Source: an archaeon (GTDB lineage Archaea > Iainarchaeota > Iainarchaeia > Iainarchaeales > Iainarchaeaceae). Taken from it: a stretch of DNA of 43,083 bases. Numbering within the stretch: position 1 is the first letter of the stretch; the number at the start of each line of letters is the position of its first letter. The notes beneath the pieces are model-generated. The model saw nothing but the letters and a program-made list of their open reading frames with translations, was not told the origin of the DNA and made no database searches. Made by a program: the position numbers and the translations under genes. The stretch covers positions 7,103 to 50,185 of the forward strand of contig JBBSVV010000005.1 of NCBI GenBank assembly GCA_038046625.1, given 5' to 3'. Below, piece after piece: positions 8,210-16,306 of this stretch.

Positions 8210-8229
8210 TTGCGCGCAGTGGCGCGCAA
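8210..8229. promoter_or_regulatory. perfect GC-rich palindrome in divergent promoter region
   Basis: TTGCGCGC-AGTG-GCGCGCAA has an 8-bp stem and is preceded by a T-run on the plus strand. It lies between the divergent starts at 8103 and 8290. Confidence 0.3.
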
Positions 8230-8289
8230 CAGCCCCGTGGGATTAAGAATATTAATCACTTTAATGCATGAATGATAAAGTAATCCAAA

Positions 8290-9597
8290 ATGGAACCGAA
8301 AAAAACAGATGCCGCAAAAAATTTCCTTTTCATCTCGCTCGACAATCTCGCGGGCGACCTCGCGTGGCACATACTCAAGGAAGGGCACAAGGTGAAATAC
8401 TACACGGAAGAAAAGGAGGAGCGCGAAGTTGCGGATGGGTTCATTCCAAAGGTTGAGGACTGGGAAAAGGAAATAGATTGGGCGGACGTGATTGTTTTTG
8501 ATGACGTCCTTGGCCAGGGCGCAAAGGCGAAGAAGCTCCGCGAGAAAGGAAAATTCGTTGTCGGGGGTTCCCCTTACACCGACCGCCTTGAAGATGACCG
8601 TGCTTTCGGGCAGGAAGAGCTCAAGAAGCACGAAATCAATATCATTCCATACCAGAACTTCACTTCATTCGAGGGCGCAATAAGTTTCGTGAAGAAAACC
8701 CCGGGGAGATACGTGATAAAGCCGAGCGGCGAGGCGCAGAACATCAAAGGCCTTTTATTTGTCGGCGAAGAGGAAGACGGAAAGGACGTTATACAGGTGC
8801 TCAATGACTACAACAAGGCTTGGGCAAAAAAAATTCCGGAATTTCAATTGCAGAAAAGGATTTCCGGCGTTGAAATTGCCGTTGGCGCTTTTTTCAACGG
8901 GCGCGAATTCATTTACCCTATAAATGTGAATTTCGAGCACAAAAAGCTTTTTCCGGGGAATCTCGGACCGAGTACGGGCGAAATGGGCACACTCATGTTC
9001 TGGAGCGGCCCCAACAGGATTTTCAACCAGACCCTCAAAAAATTTGAATTGACGCTTGCAAAGGAAGGTTATGTTGGTTACATTGATTTGAACTGCATTG
9101 TGAACAGCAACGGAATCTATCCGCTTGAATTCACTTCACGCTTCGGCTACCCGACAATAAGCATCCAGGAAGAGGGAATGCTCTCGCCCATTGGTGACTT
9201 TTTGTATCAGCTCGCGAAAGGCGAAAAGCCGAAGCTCCGCGTTGTAAGCGGCTTCCAGATCGGCGTGAGGATTGTTGTTCCGCCGTTCCCATTCAGGGAC
9301 AAGGAAACCTTTGAAGTGAAATCAAAGGACTCGGTGATAATTTTCAAGAAACCCACGGATGGCGTGCACATAGAGGACGTGAAGATAGTGAACGAGGAAT
9401 GGGTTGTCACAGGCACTTCGGGAGTGGTGCTCATTGTTGTGGGAATGGGTTCAACCGTAAAACAAACCCAGAAGCAGGTTTACTCGCGCATCCAGAACCT
9501 AATCCTTCCGCACATGTATTATCGCGATGATATCGGCGAGCGCTGGTTCGAGGACTCGGACAGGCTGCATAACTGGGGATATTTGAGGGAACAGTAA
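8290..9597 (+). CDS. PurD-like ATP-grasp ligase (divergent phosphoribosylamine-glycine ligase family member)
   Basis: 435 aa, collinear with PurD landmarks: VIKPSGEA (VIKADGLA), EHKKLFPGNLGPSTGEMG (DHKR..D.GPNTGGMG), LEFTSRFGYPT (IEFNCRFGDPE) and a YYRDDIGERW tail. Several signature residues are substituted, and no other pur genes are nearby. Confidence 0.75.
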   Translation: MEPKKTDAAKNFLFISLDNLAGDLAWHILKEGHKVKYYTEEKEEREVADGFIPKVEDWEKEIDWADVIVFDDVLGQGAKAKKLREKGKFVVGGSPYTDRLEDDRAFGQEELKKHEINIIPYQNFTSFEGAISFVKKTPGRYVIKPSGEAQNIKGLLFVGEEEDGKDVIQVLNDYNKAWAKKIPEFQLQKRISGVEIAVGAFFNGREFIYPINVNFEHKKLFPGNLGPSTGEMGTLMFWSGPNRIFNQTLKKFELTLAKEGYVGYIDLNCIVNSNGIYPLEFTSRFGYPTISIQEEGMLSPIGDFLYQLAKGEKPKLRVVSGFQIGVRIVVPPFPFRDKETFEVKSKDSVIIFKKPTDGVHIEDVKIVNEEWVVTGTSGVVLIVVGMGSTVKQTQKQVYSRIQNLILPHMYYRDDIGERWFEDSDRLHNWGYLREQ

Positions 9598-9610
9598 GCG
9601 AAATTAGTTT

Positions 9611-10540
9611 TTATTTCCCAATAACTTTCGCGCCTTCGCCGTTCACTTTCGAAACCAGCTTGTCTGATGAAAGGCCTTCGTGCTCGAAAGCCTTCGCCAT
9701 TGCATTTGAAATTTCAATCGCTGTTTTTTCTAAATCCGAAAATGCGAACATGCTCGGCCCAGAACCCGCGATTGCACAGCCAAGCGCGCCGCTCTCCATG
9801 GCTGCTTTTTTCACGGCCGAATAACCGGGAATCAGTTTTGCGCGAACAGGTTCAATGATACTGTCGCTTATCGAGCGACCGATGATTGCGCAATCTCCTA
9901 GTGCTATTCCTGCAACGAGCGCAGCAACGTTCCCCGTGTTATGCACGAGGCTTGACATGGGAACGGAAGAAGGCAGGAGCATGCGCGCCTCCTTGGTGGA
10001 AACCTCGTAGTTCGGAGTAACCACGCACGCATTCAGCTTTGCGGGGGCACGAAGCCTTATGACATCCAAGGGGTCATAGCTCCTGATTATCACAAACCCG
10101 CCGAAAAGCGAGGGCGCTACATTGTCCGCGTGGTGCCCACTGACCGTGGCTTCCGCCTTTATGCAGTCTTCAAGAACGAAACCCTTTTCCTTTTCGGGCG
10201 CAAACAATTTCAATGCGGCAAAGGCTCCTGCAACCGCGCTGGCGCCGCTGCTTCCCATGCCTGAGTTCAGCCTCAGGCCCTTGTTCAGGGTAATTTCCAT
10301 GCCTTCCTTAACCCTGAGTTTTTCCATTACGCTTATCGCGCCTATTGAAGCGGTGTTTTTGTCCGCAACCTTAGGCAGTTTGCCATTATCCCCTGTTATT
10401 GTCTTTATCCTCACTCCCGGCTCCGAAGAAGTTTCGGCAATGAGAGTATCTCCGACAGAATCCAGGGCAAAACCCATTATGTCAAAGCCAGGGCCCACAT
10501 TTGCGACCGTTGCGGGCGAGAACACCGTGATTTTCTTCAT
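9611..10540 (-). CDS. thrB: homoserine kinase
   Basis: GHMP-kinase motif LNSGMGSSGASAVAG and N-terminal ATVANVGPGFD. ATG at 10540 (the track TTG start at 10558 is also possible). Confidence 0.9.
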   Translation of the reverse strand: MKKITVFSPATVANVGPGFDIMGFALDSVGDTLIAETSSEPGVRIKTITGDNGKLPKVADKNTASIGAISVMEKLRVKEGMEITLNKGLRLNSGMGSSGASAVAGAFAALKLFAPEKEKGFVLEDCIKAEATVSGHHADNVAPSLFGGFVIIRSYDPLDVIRLRAPAKLNACVVTPNYEVSTKEARMLLPSSVPMSSLVHNTGNVAALVAGIALGDCAIIGRSISDSIIEPVRAKLIPGYSAVKKAAMESGALGCAIAGSGPSMFAFSDLEKTAIEISNAMAKAFEHEGLSSDKLVSKVNGEGAKVIGK

Positions 10541-10588
10541 TTTGGCCACTAAAGACAATTAAATAGTTTTTCTTACTAATTAATTGGA

Positions 10589-11887
10589 ATGGGGAAAGCT
10601 TTTTTAAGAGCCATCGGGAACGGAAAAACCTATCCCATAGATGAGAAGCGCTACGAGTCCGACAGCGGAGAGCTCCTCGAAGTAGCGTATGAATTCGGTT
10701 CCATGGACACAAAGGCACTGAAGGAAAAATTTGCGCAAAGGGGAAGCTCCCAGAACCCTCTTGATAAGAGCGGAGTATGGAGGTTCCGCGAACTCATTCC
10801 GTTCATGCGCAGCGAGGCAAACGTTGTTTCGCTTTCAGAGGGAAACACTCCCTTGTATGCCGCACCGAAAAGCGCATCCTATGCCGGCGTAAAAAAACTT
10901 TCATTCAAGCACCAGGGCATGAATCCTACCGGCTCGTTCAAGGACAACGGAATGACCGCCGCTGTATCAAAAGCAAAAGAATTCGGCTCAAAAACCGTTG
11001 TATGTGCTTCCACAGGAAACACTTCGGCATCAATGGCGGCATACGCCAGCCGCGCAGGAATGACCGCCTTGGTGATAATCCCTTCAGGGCAGATTGCAAT
11101 GGGAAAGCTTGCGCAGGCGCTTGATTACGGCGCAAAAACAATCCAGATTGACGGCGACTTCGATGACGCGATGCGCATCGTGCGGGAACTCGCTGAAGAA
11201 AAAAGCGTTTACATTTTGAATTCAATCAATCCGTTCAGGCTCGAGGGGCAGAAAACCATAATGATTGAAATGCTTTGCCAGAGAAACTGGGAAGTTCCGG
11301 ACAGGGTGGTTGTGCCGGGAGGAAATTTGGGAAATTCATCCTCGTTCGGAAAGGCATTCAAGGAACTGCGCGAACTCGGCTTCATTGAAACAATCCCGAA
11401 AATAACCATTGTGCAGGCGGAGGGGGCGGCTCCGCTTTACAACATGTGGAAAAACAAATCAAAAGAACTCAAACCAGTAAAGGCCCATACCCTTGCAACC
11501 GCAATCAAAATCGGGAATCCCGTGAGCTGGCAAAAAGCAATGAGGGCGCTTGAGGAAACAAAAGGAAGCGTGGCGGTTGTTTCGGAAAAAGAAATTGCGG
11601 ACGCAAAAGCCATCATTGGAAAGGATGGAATCGGCTGCGAGCCCGCATCAGCAACCACGCTTGCCGCGATAAAGAACCTCGCTGGAAACGGGATTGATGA
11701 AGACGAGGACATTGTCGCAATCCTCACGGGAAACGCGTTGAAGGACCCGCAATACACGGTTGATTACCATTCAGATTCATTGTTTGAGGAGTTCGAAGGC
11801 AAAAAGAAAATCCCTGCGGCATTCGCGAACAAGCCCATAAAATTGCCAGCAGACACCGCAAAAATAAAAAAAGAATTAAAGCTGTGA
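10589..11887 (+). CDS. thrC: threonine synthase
   Basis: 432 aa with the PLP-lysine motif NPTGSFKDNGM, divergent from thrB. Confidence 0.95.
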   Translation: MGKAFLRAIGNGKTYPIDEKRYESDSGELLEVAYEFGSMDTKALKEKFAQRGSSQNPLDKSGVWRFRELIPFMRSEANVVSLSEGNTPLYAAPKSASYAGVKKLSFKHQGMNPTGSFKDNGMTAAVSKAKEFGSKTVVCASTGNTSASMAAYASRAGMTALVIIPSGQIAMGKLAQALDYGAKTIQIDGDFDDAMRIVRELAEEKSVYILNSINPFRLEGQKTIMIEMLCQRNWEVPDRVVVPGGNLGNSSSFGKAFKELRELGFIETIPKITIVQAEGAAPLYNMWKNKSKELKPVKAHTLATAIKIGNPVSWQKAMRALEETKGSVAVVSEKEIADAKAIIGKDGIGCEPASATTLAAIKNLAGNGIDEDEDIVAILTGNALKDPQYTVDYHSDSLFEEFEGKKKIPAAFANKPIKLPADTAKIKKELKL

Positions 11888-11892
11888 AAATT

Positions 11893-12969
11893 TCAGGCCC
11901 GCCTGGTTTTCGCAATCAGATACATGTCCATTAAAACAATCGCCATCATGGCCTCGGCCACAGGCACCGCGCGCGGGCAAAGGCAGGGGTCGTGCCTTCC
12001 CGCAACAGAAACCTTGAGGGATTTGCCTTTCTTGTCCACGGTCCTCTGCTCTTTGGTGATTGAGGAAGCAGGCTTTATCGCGATGCGCGCAACAATATCA
12101 TCACCATTGCTGATACCCCCAATTATTCCGCCCGAATTGTTTGTTTTGAACTTCACTTTCCCTTTTACGGTATAAGGCTCGTCATTGTGCTCCGAGCCCT
12201 TCATCTTTGTTGAGGAAAAACCGGAGCCGATTTCAACCCCTTTTACGGCATTAATGCTCATCAAGGCTTCCGCGAGCTTCGAATCCAATTTGTAATAAAC
12301 AGGCTCTCCCAAGCCCACAGGAACGCCCTTTGCAATTACCTCGACGATGCCGCCTACACTATCTCCCTTCTCCTTCGCGGCAAGAATAACTTTTTCCATT
12401 TCCTTTGCGGCCTGCAAATCAGGCGCGCGCACGGAATTATTCTCAATAACCTTCAAATCAATTTTCTCGGCGCGTATTTCAGCAACCTCGCGCGTGAATC
12501 CGAAAATCGAAACCCCTTTTTCCTTCAAAAACTTTTTCGCAATCGCTCCAACCGCAACCCTCATCGCGGTTTCGCGCGCGCTTGAACGCCCGCCTCCGCG
12601 ATAATCGCGGATCCCAAATTTTTGTTCATAAGTATAATCCGCATGGCCAGGCCTGTAAAGGTCCTTGATGTTCGAATAATCCTTGCTCTTCGCATCTTTA
12701 TTGTGAATTATTAGTGCGATGGGCATTCCGGTTGTTTTTCCTTCGAAGACGCCTGAAAGGATTTCAACCTTGTCGTCTTCCTGCCTCTGCGTGGTTACCT
12801 CTGATTGGCCCGGCCTGCGCCTATCCAAATCCTTTTGGATGTCTTCCTCGCCCAGCTTTAATCCGGCGGGAACACCATCAACAACTACTCCTATTGCCTT
12901 TCCGTGGCTCTCGCCAAAGCTGGTGTATGAAAATATTTTTCCGAACGTGTTGAAGGTCATGAAAATCAT
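11893..12969 (-). CDS. aroC: chorismate synthase
   Basis: 358 aa with FGESHG, GRHDPC and RPGHADYTY motifs. Confidence 0.95.
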   Translation of the reverse strand: MIFMTFNTFGKIFSYTSFGESHGKAIGVVVDGVPAGLKLGEEDIQKDLDRRRPGQSEVTTQRQEDDKVEILSGVFEGKTTGMPIALIIHNKDAKSKDYSNIKDLYRPGHADYTYEQKFGIRDYRGGGRSSARETAMRVAVGAIAKKFLKEKGVSIFGFTREVAEIRAEKIDLKVIENNSVRAPDLQAAKEMEKVILAAKEKGDSVGGIVEVIAKGVPVGLGEPVYYKLDSKLAEALMSINAVKGVEIGSGFSSTKMKGSEHNDEPYTVKGKVKFKTNNSGGIIGGISNGDDIVARIAIKPASSITKEQRTVDKKGKSLKVSVAGRHDPCLCPRAVPVAEAMMAIVLMDMYLIAKTRRA

Positions 12970-12974
12970 TTTCC

Positions 12975-13802
12975 TTATTTCAGGTTCTCCATTACGGCTT
13001 TCCTCATTTCCCTTTTCGGCGCTTCCTTTCCAGTGAAAAGCTTGAACGCGGCATACCCCTGGTTCAGGAGCATTTCAAGGCCGTTGATTGTCCTGCAGCC
13101 CCGCAATTCGGCTTCCCTTAAAAACCTCGTTTTCAAGGGGTCGTAAACAATGTCAAATACAATGATTTCCTTCCTTAAAAGGCTTGCAGGAACAATAATA
13201 GGTGTTTCATGGGTGTTTGGCTTCATTCCGGAAGGAGATGCATTAATCACTATGTCAAAGCCCTCCAGCATTTTTATTCCGTTCAAACCAACGCTTTTTG
13301 CCCCTGCAACGAGCGCGAGTTTTGACGCTTTTGCGGAATCCCTGTCCGCAATCGTTACTTTTGCGTTCTCCTCCCTGAGGTAAAACGCAATCGCCTTTCC
13401 TGCGCCGCCGGCGCCGAGAAGCAGAACATTTTTTCCATGCAGTTGCGTAACCGCCTTTAGCGAGCGCATTGCGCCAATGCCGTCCGTGTTGTAGCCCTTC
13501 AGAACCCCATTTGTGTTCACAACCGTATTCACGGCGCCGATTTTTTTTGCAATGGGGTCAACCAAATCAAGGTGCTTCAGGATATCGACCTTGAATGGCA
13601 TGGTTGCATTGAAGCCCTTTACCCCAAGTTCCCTGAGGCCTTTCACCGCATTTCCGAGGTTCTCGGGCTCGAATGCAAGGTAAACCGCATTCAATCCCAA
13701 AGCATTGAAGCCCGCATTGTGCATTGCCGGGCTCAAAGAATGACTCGCGGGCTTGCCGAGAAGGCAAAAGAGCTTTGTTTCCGCGTCACGCATCGAGAGC
13801 AC
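12975..13802 (-). CDS. aroE: shikimate dehydrogenase
   Basis: 275 aa with SLSPAMHNA, NATMPFK, GAGGAGKA and NTDGIG motifs. GTG at 13802 or ATG at 13793. Confidence 0.9.
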   Translation of the reverse strand: MLSMRDAETKLFCLLGKPASHSLSPAMHNAGFNALGLNAVYLAFEPENLGNAVKGLRELGVKGFNATMPFKVDILKHLDLVDPIAKKIGAVNTVVNTNGVLKGYNTDGIGAMRSLKAVTQLHGKNVLLLGAGGAGKAIAFYLREENAKVTIADRDSAKASKLALVAGAKSVGLNGIKMLEGFDIVINASPSGMKPNTHETPIIVPASLLRKEIIVFDIVYDPLKTRFLREAELRGCRTINGLEMLLNQGYAAFKLFTGKEAPKREMRKAVMENLK

Positions 13803-13836
13803 CTTTATAATTCTGCAAAAAAAGGCTTTTTAAGGA

Positions 13837-13855
13837 CACCCCTTTAATGGGGGTG
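13837..13855. promoter_or_regulatory. CCCC-TTTAAT-GGGG palindrome (copy Z) upstream of aroE-aroC
   Basis: CACCCC-TTTAATG-GGGGTG is the same CCCC-T/A-GGGG design as 33146-33157 and 17588-17598. Confidence 0.35.
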
Positions 13856-13940
13856 GTTGCGCATAAAAATGTTTTCCAGTTACATTGCTGTGGTATAGCA
13901 GGCCACGAAAGTTTTTCGGCATTTATGGGCGGTCTGCTAG

Positions 13941-13986
13941 ATAGCAAACCATAAAAATCCGTCGAATTACTTTATTGGTTTGCTAT
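13941..13986. promoter_or_regulatory. 10-bp inverted repeat bracketing the aminotransferase A/T box
   Basis: ATAGCAAACC (13941-13950) and GGTTTGCTAT (13977-13986) flank CATAAAAATC. A third TATAGCA copy is at 13894-13900. Confidence 0.35.
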
Positions 13987-13989
13987 AAC

Positions 13990-15189
13990 ATGAAAAAAGT
14001 CATTCCCGCATCAAGAACCCTTGGAGTGAAGCACGCTAACCGTGATTTGGTTCCGGTTGCGGAGCAGGTCGAGGCTTCAGGAAAAAAAGTCCTCTATCTG
14101 AATATCGGCGACCCAATTGTCTTTGATTTCAGGGCCCCTGAATCCATTTGGCAGAGCATTGAGCAGCACAAGCGCGAGTGCGAGGGCTACACAAACGCAA
14201 TCGGCTCGAACGGGGCGAGGCAGGCAATAGCGGATTATGCGAAACGCGGCGGCATCAACGGCGTCACAAAAGATGATGTCATTAGCTTTGTCGGGGGCAA
14301 CGAGGCAATAATACTCTCGATGCAGGCGCTCCTCAACCCCGGAGAAAACGTTCTTTTGCCCGGGCCAGGGTATCCTGTTTACACCGGCGAAATGAGCTTC
14401 CTCGAGTGCCCATTGAATGTTTACCAATTGGACGAGGAGAACGATTGGCAGCTCGACGTTGACAGCATAAGGAAGAACGTGAACAAAAAAACAAAGGCAA
14501 TCGTCATAATCAACCCGAACAATCCCACGGGAAGCGTCCTCTCAAGGAAAAACCTTTCAGAACTCGTGAACATTGCCGGCGAATTCGATTTGCCCATTCT
14601 CGCGGACGAAACCTACGACCAGATTCTCTACGACGGCACGGAATTTGTTCCCCTTGCAGGCGTTTCAAAGGACGTGCCGGTGCTTTCATTGGGAAGCATT
14701 TCAAAAACGCATCTCGTTCCGGGTTTCCGCGCGGGCTGGATTTACAGGAAAGACCCAAAAGGCGCACTTGATGATTATTTTGAGGCAATGCACAGGCTCT
14801 GCCGCCTCAGGCTTTCAAATGCAGGAATAGGGCAGGTCGCCATAGAGGCGGCGCTTAACGGCGAGCAAAACCACGTGAAGGAAATGGTTGCAAAACTAAA
14901 AAAGAGGCGCGACCTCACCTTCAAAAGGCTGAATGAAATCCACGGCCTCTCATGCGTCAAGCCGAAAGGAGCGTTCTACGCGTTCCCGCGCATAAACCTT
15001 CCGATAAAATCAGACAAGGAATTCGTGATTGATTTGCTCAAGGAAACTGGCGTTCTTGTCGTGCACGGCGAAGGCTCCGGCCAGAAAGAAGGCACGCACC
15101 ACTTCCGCATCGTTTTCCTTCCTCCAGAAGAAACCCTCTCCGAGGCATTCAACCGCATAGAGGGTTACATAAAAAAGAAATTCAAGTGA
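13990..15189 (+). CDS. class I/II pyridoxal-phosphate aminotransferase (aspartate/aromatic/alanine type)
   Basis: 399 aa from the ATG at 13990, with NPNNPTG and SLGSISKTHLVPGFRAGW (PLP-lysine) motifs. Confidence 0.9.
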   Translation: MKKVIPASRTLGVKHANRDLVPVAEQVEASGKKVLYLNIGDPIVFDFRAPESIWQSIEQHKRECEGYTNAIGSNGARQAIADYAKRGGINGVTKDDVISFVGGNEAIILSMQALLNPGENVLLPGPGYPVYTGEMSFLECPLNVYQLDEENDWQLDVDSIRKNVNKKTKAIVIINPNNPTGSVLSRKNLSELVNIAGEFDLPILADETYDQILYDGTEFVPLAGVSKDVPVLSLGSISKTHLVPGFRAGWIYRKDPKGALDDYFEAMHRLCRLRLSNAGIGQVAIEAALNGEQNHVKEMVAKLKKRRDLTFKRLNEIHGLSCVKPKGAFYAFPRINLPIKSDKEFVIDLLKETGVLVVHGEGSGQKEGTHHFRIVFLPPEETLSEAFNRIEGYIKKKFK

Positions 15190-15220
15190 ACATTGCAAAC
15201 TCTGCCATTTGTTTGAGCAT

Positions 15221-16087
15221 TTAATTCACCTTTTTCTGCCCCAGCTTTTTCTGGCTTTCTTTTGCCCCAAGATAGTTCTCCGGCGTAGCCACTTTTTGGA
15301 TGCTTCTCTGTTCAAGTTCTTTGCGGGCTATTCCGGCAACTGTTCCGCCCTCTTTTGCCGCTACTTTGTTCTCAGGAAAACCTTTCGCGTCCCGATTCCT
15401 TGCAATTCTTGTGGTTGAGGCTTCGCCCAGCATTGTGAATATCAGCTCCAAATCCGTCATGTGGTCGCGGAGGTTTTCCCGTTTCAGGTTCTTGAATTTT
15501 TTGTATTCGGCAGGGTTCATGCCGAATGTGGCTTTTGATATTTCTGCGGTAAGAATGGCGTATTCCCTTTCCGTCTTCACTTCCCTTTTCTTCCATTCAT
15601 CTGTCAACTCGTCCCTTACCGCAATGCCTCTTACTCTTTTTTCTATCCATTCATCCGAATAGCCCTTTTCTTTGTATATTTGCCTCATCCTCTTTTGGGC
15701 AAGTTCGGGATTTTCTATCTCCTGCACCCTTTCATAGCCCACTTTTGCAAGCCAGAGCTTGAAGGGCTCCGCTTTTGGCGAAGGAATTGACTGGATAACC
15801 CTGAACGCGCCTTCGGTATTGACGCAATTCGTTTCCCTTTTTTTGCCGTCCGGCGTGGGAAGTTCAAGGGGGGTACAAATTGTACCCCAGTTGGAGTCAA
15901 GAGTAGGGTTCCTGCTTCTCATCTTCTTAATGTATTGTTTTGGGTCGGCGCTGTCGGTTAAAACCGCAATAATGTCGTAAATTGAGAACCACCATTCATT
16001 GTTGTGCCATGTTCTGCGAATATTTCTGCCCTGGAATGCAATCAGAGCATTTGTAGTTTCTGTGCCATTAATTTCTGCCATCGCCAT
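15221..16087 (-). CDS. Bro-N domain / DinD-like (DNA-damage-inducible protein D-like) protein
   Basis: 288 aa. The N-terminal F.G..IR....NEWWFS..DI..VL...DP..Y pattern is typical of the Bro-N fold, and the long helical C-terminus resembles DinD-type proteins. Confidence 0.7.
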   Translation of the reverse strand: MAMAEINGTETTNALIAFQGRNIRRTWHNNEWWFSIYDIIAVLTDSADPKQYIKKMRSRNPTLDSNWGTICTPLELPTPDGKKRETNCVNTEGAFRVIQSIPSPKAEPFKLWLAKVGYERVQEIENPELAQKRMRQIYKEKGYSDEWIEKRVRGIAVRDELTDEWKKREVKTEREYAILTAEISKATFGMNPAEYKKFKNLKRENLRDHMTDLELIFTMLGEASTTRIARNRDAKGFPENKVAAKEGGTVAGIARKELEQRSIQKVATPENYLGAKESQKKLGQKKVN

Positions 16088-16306
16088 TTACCTCATCACA
16101 TTTACAAACTCGAATCCAAGCGTATTGCGTTCGCCAAGCCGCAGTCCAAATGAATTGAATGCTTCAAGTTCTGCGAGGAGTCTTATTTTAATCGCCACCT
16201 TGGAAATAACTGCCAAAAAACAGTTTAAATAGTTGGCGAAGGCTCCTTGCCGGTGCGGAAAGCGTGCTGCGGTTAACGATTTAATTTGATTTTAGGCAAT
16301 TTTAGT

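Noticed and set aside
8104-8631. N-terminal 176 codons of the 762-aa track ORF (6343..8631)
   Set aside because: The extension runs through the divergent promoter region and overlaps the ATP-grasp start on the other strand. It has junk-like composition (FFRFHFGLLYHSC). A well-placed ATG at 8103 with an upstream A/T box starts the recognisable protein.
15870-15888. Perfect 8-bp stem GGGGTACA-AAT-TGTACCCC inside the Bro-N gene, resembling the GTACCC hairpins of the bridging elements
   Set aside because: It lies within a coding region (encodes WGTICTPLE). The arm order is inverted relative to the element hairpin, and there are no other element modules nearby. It is probably coincidental.
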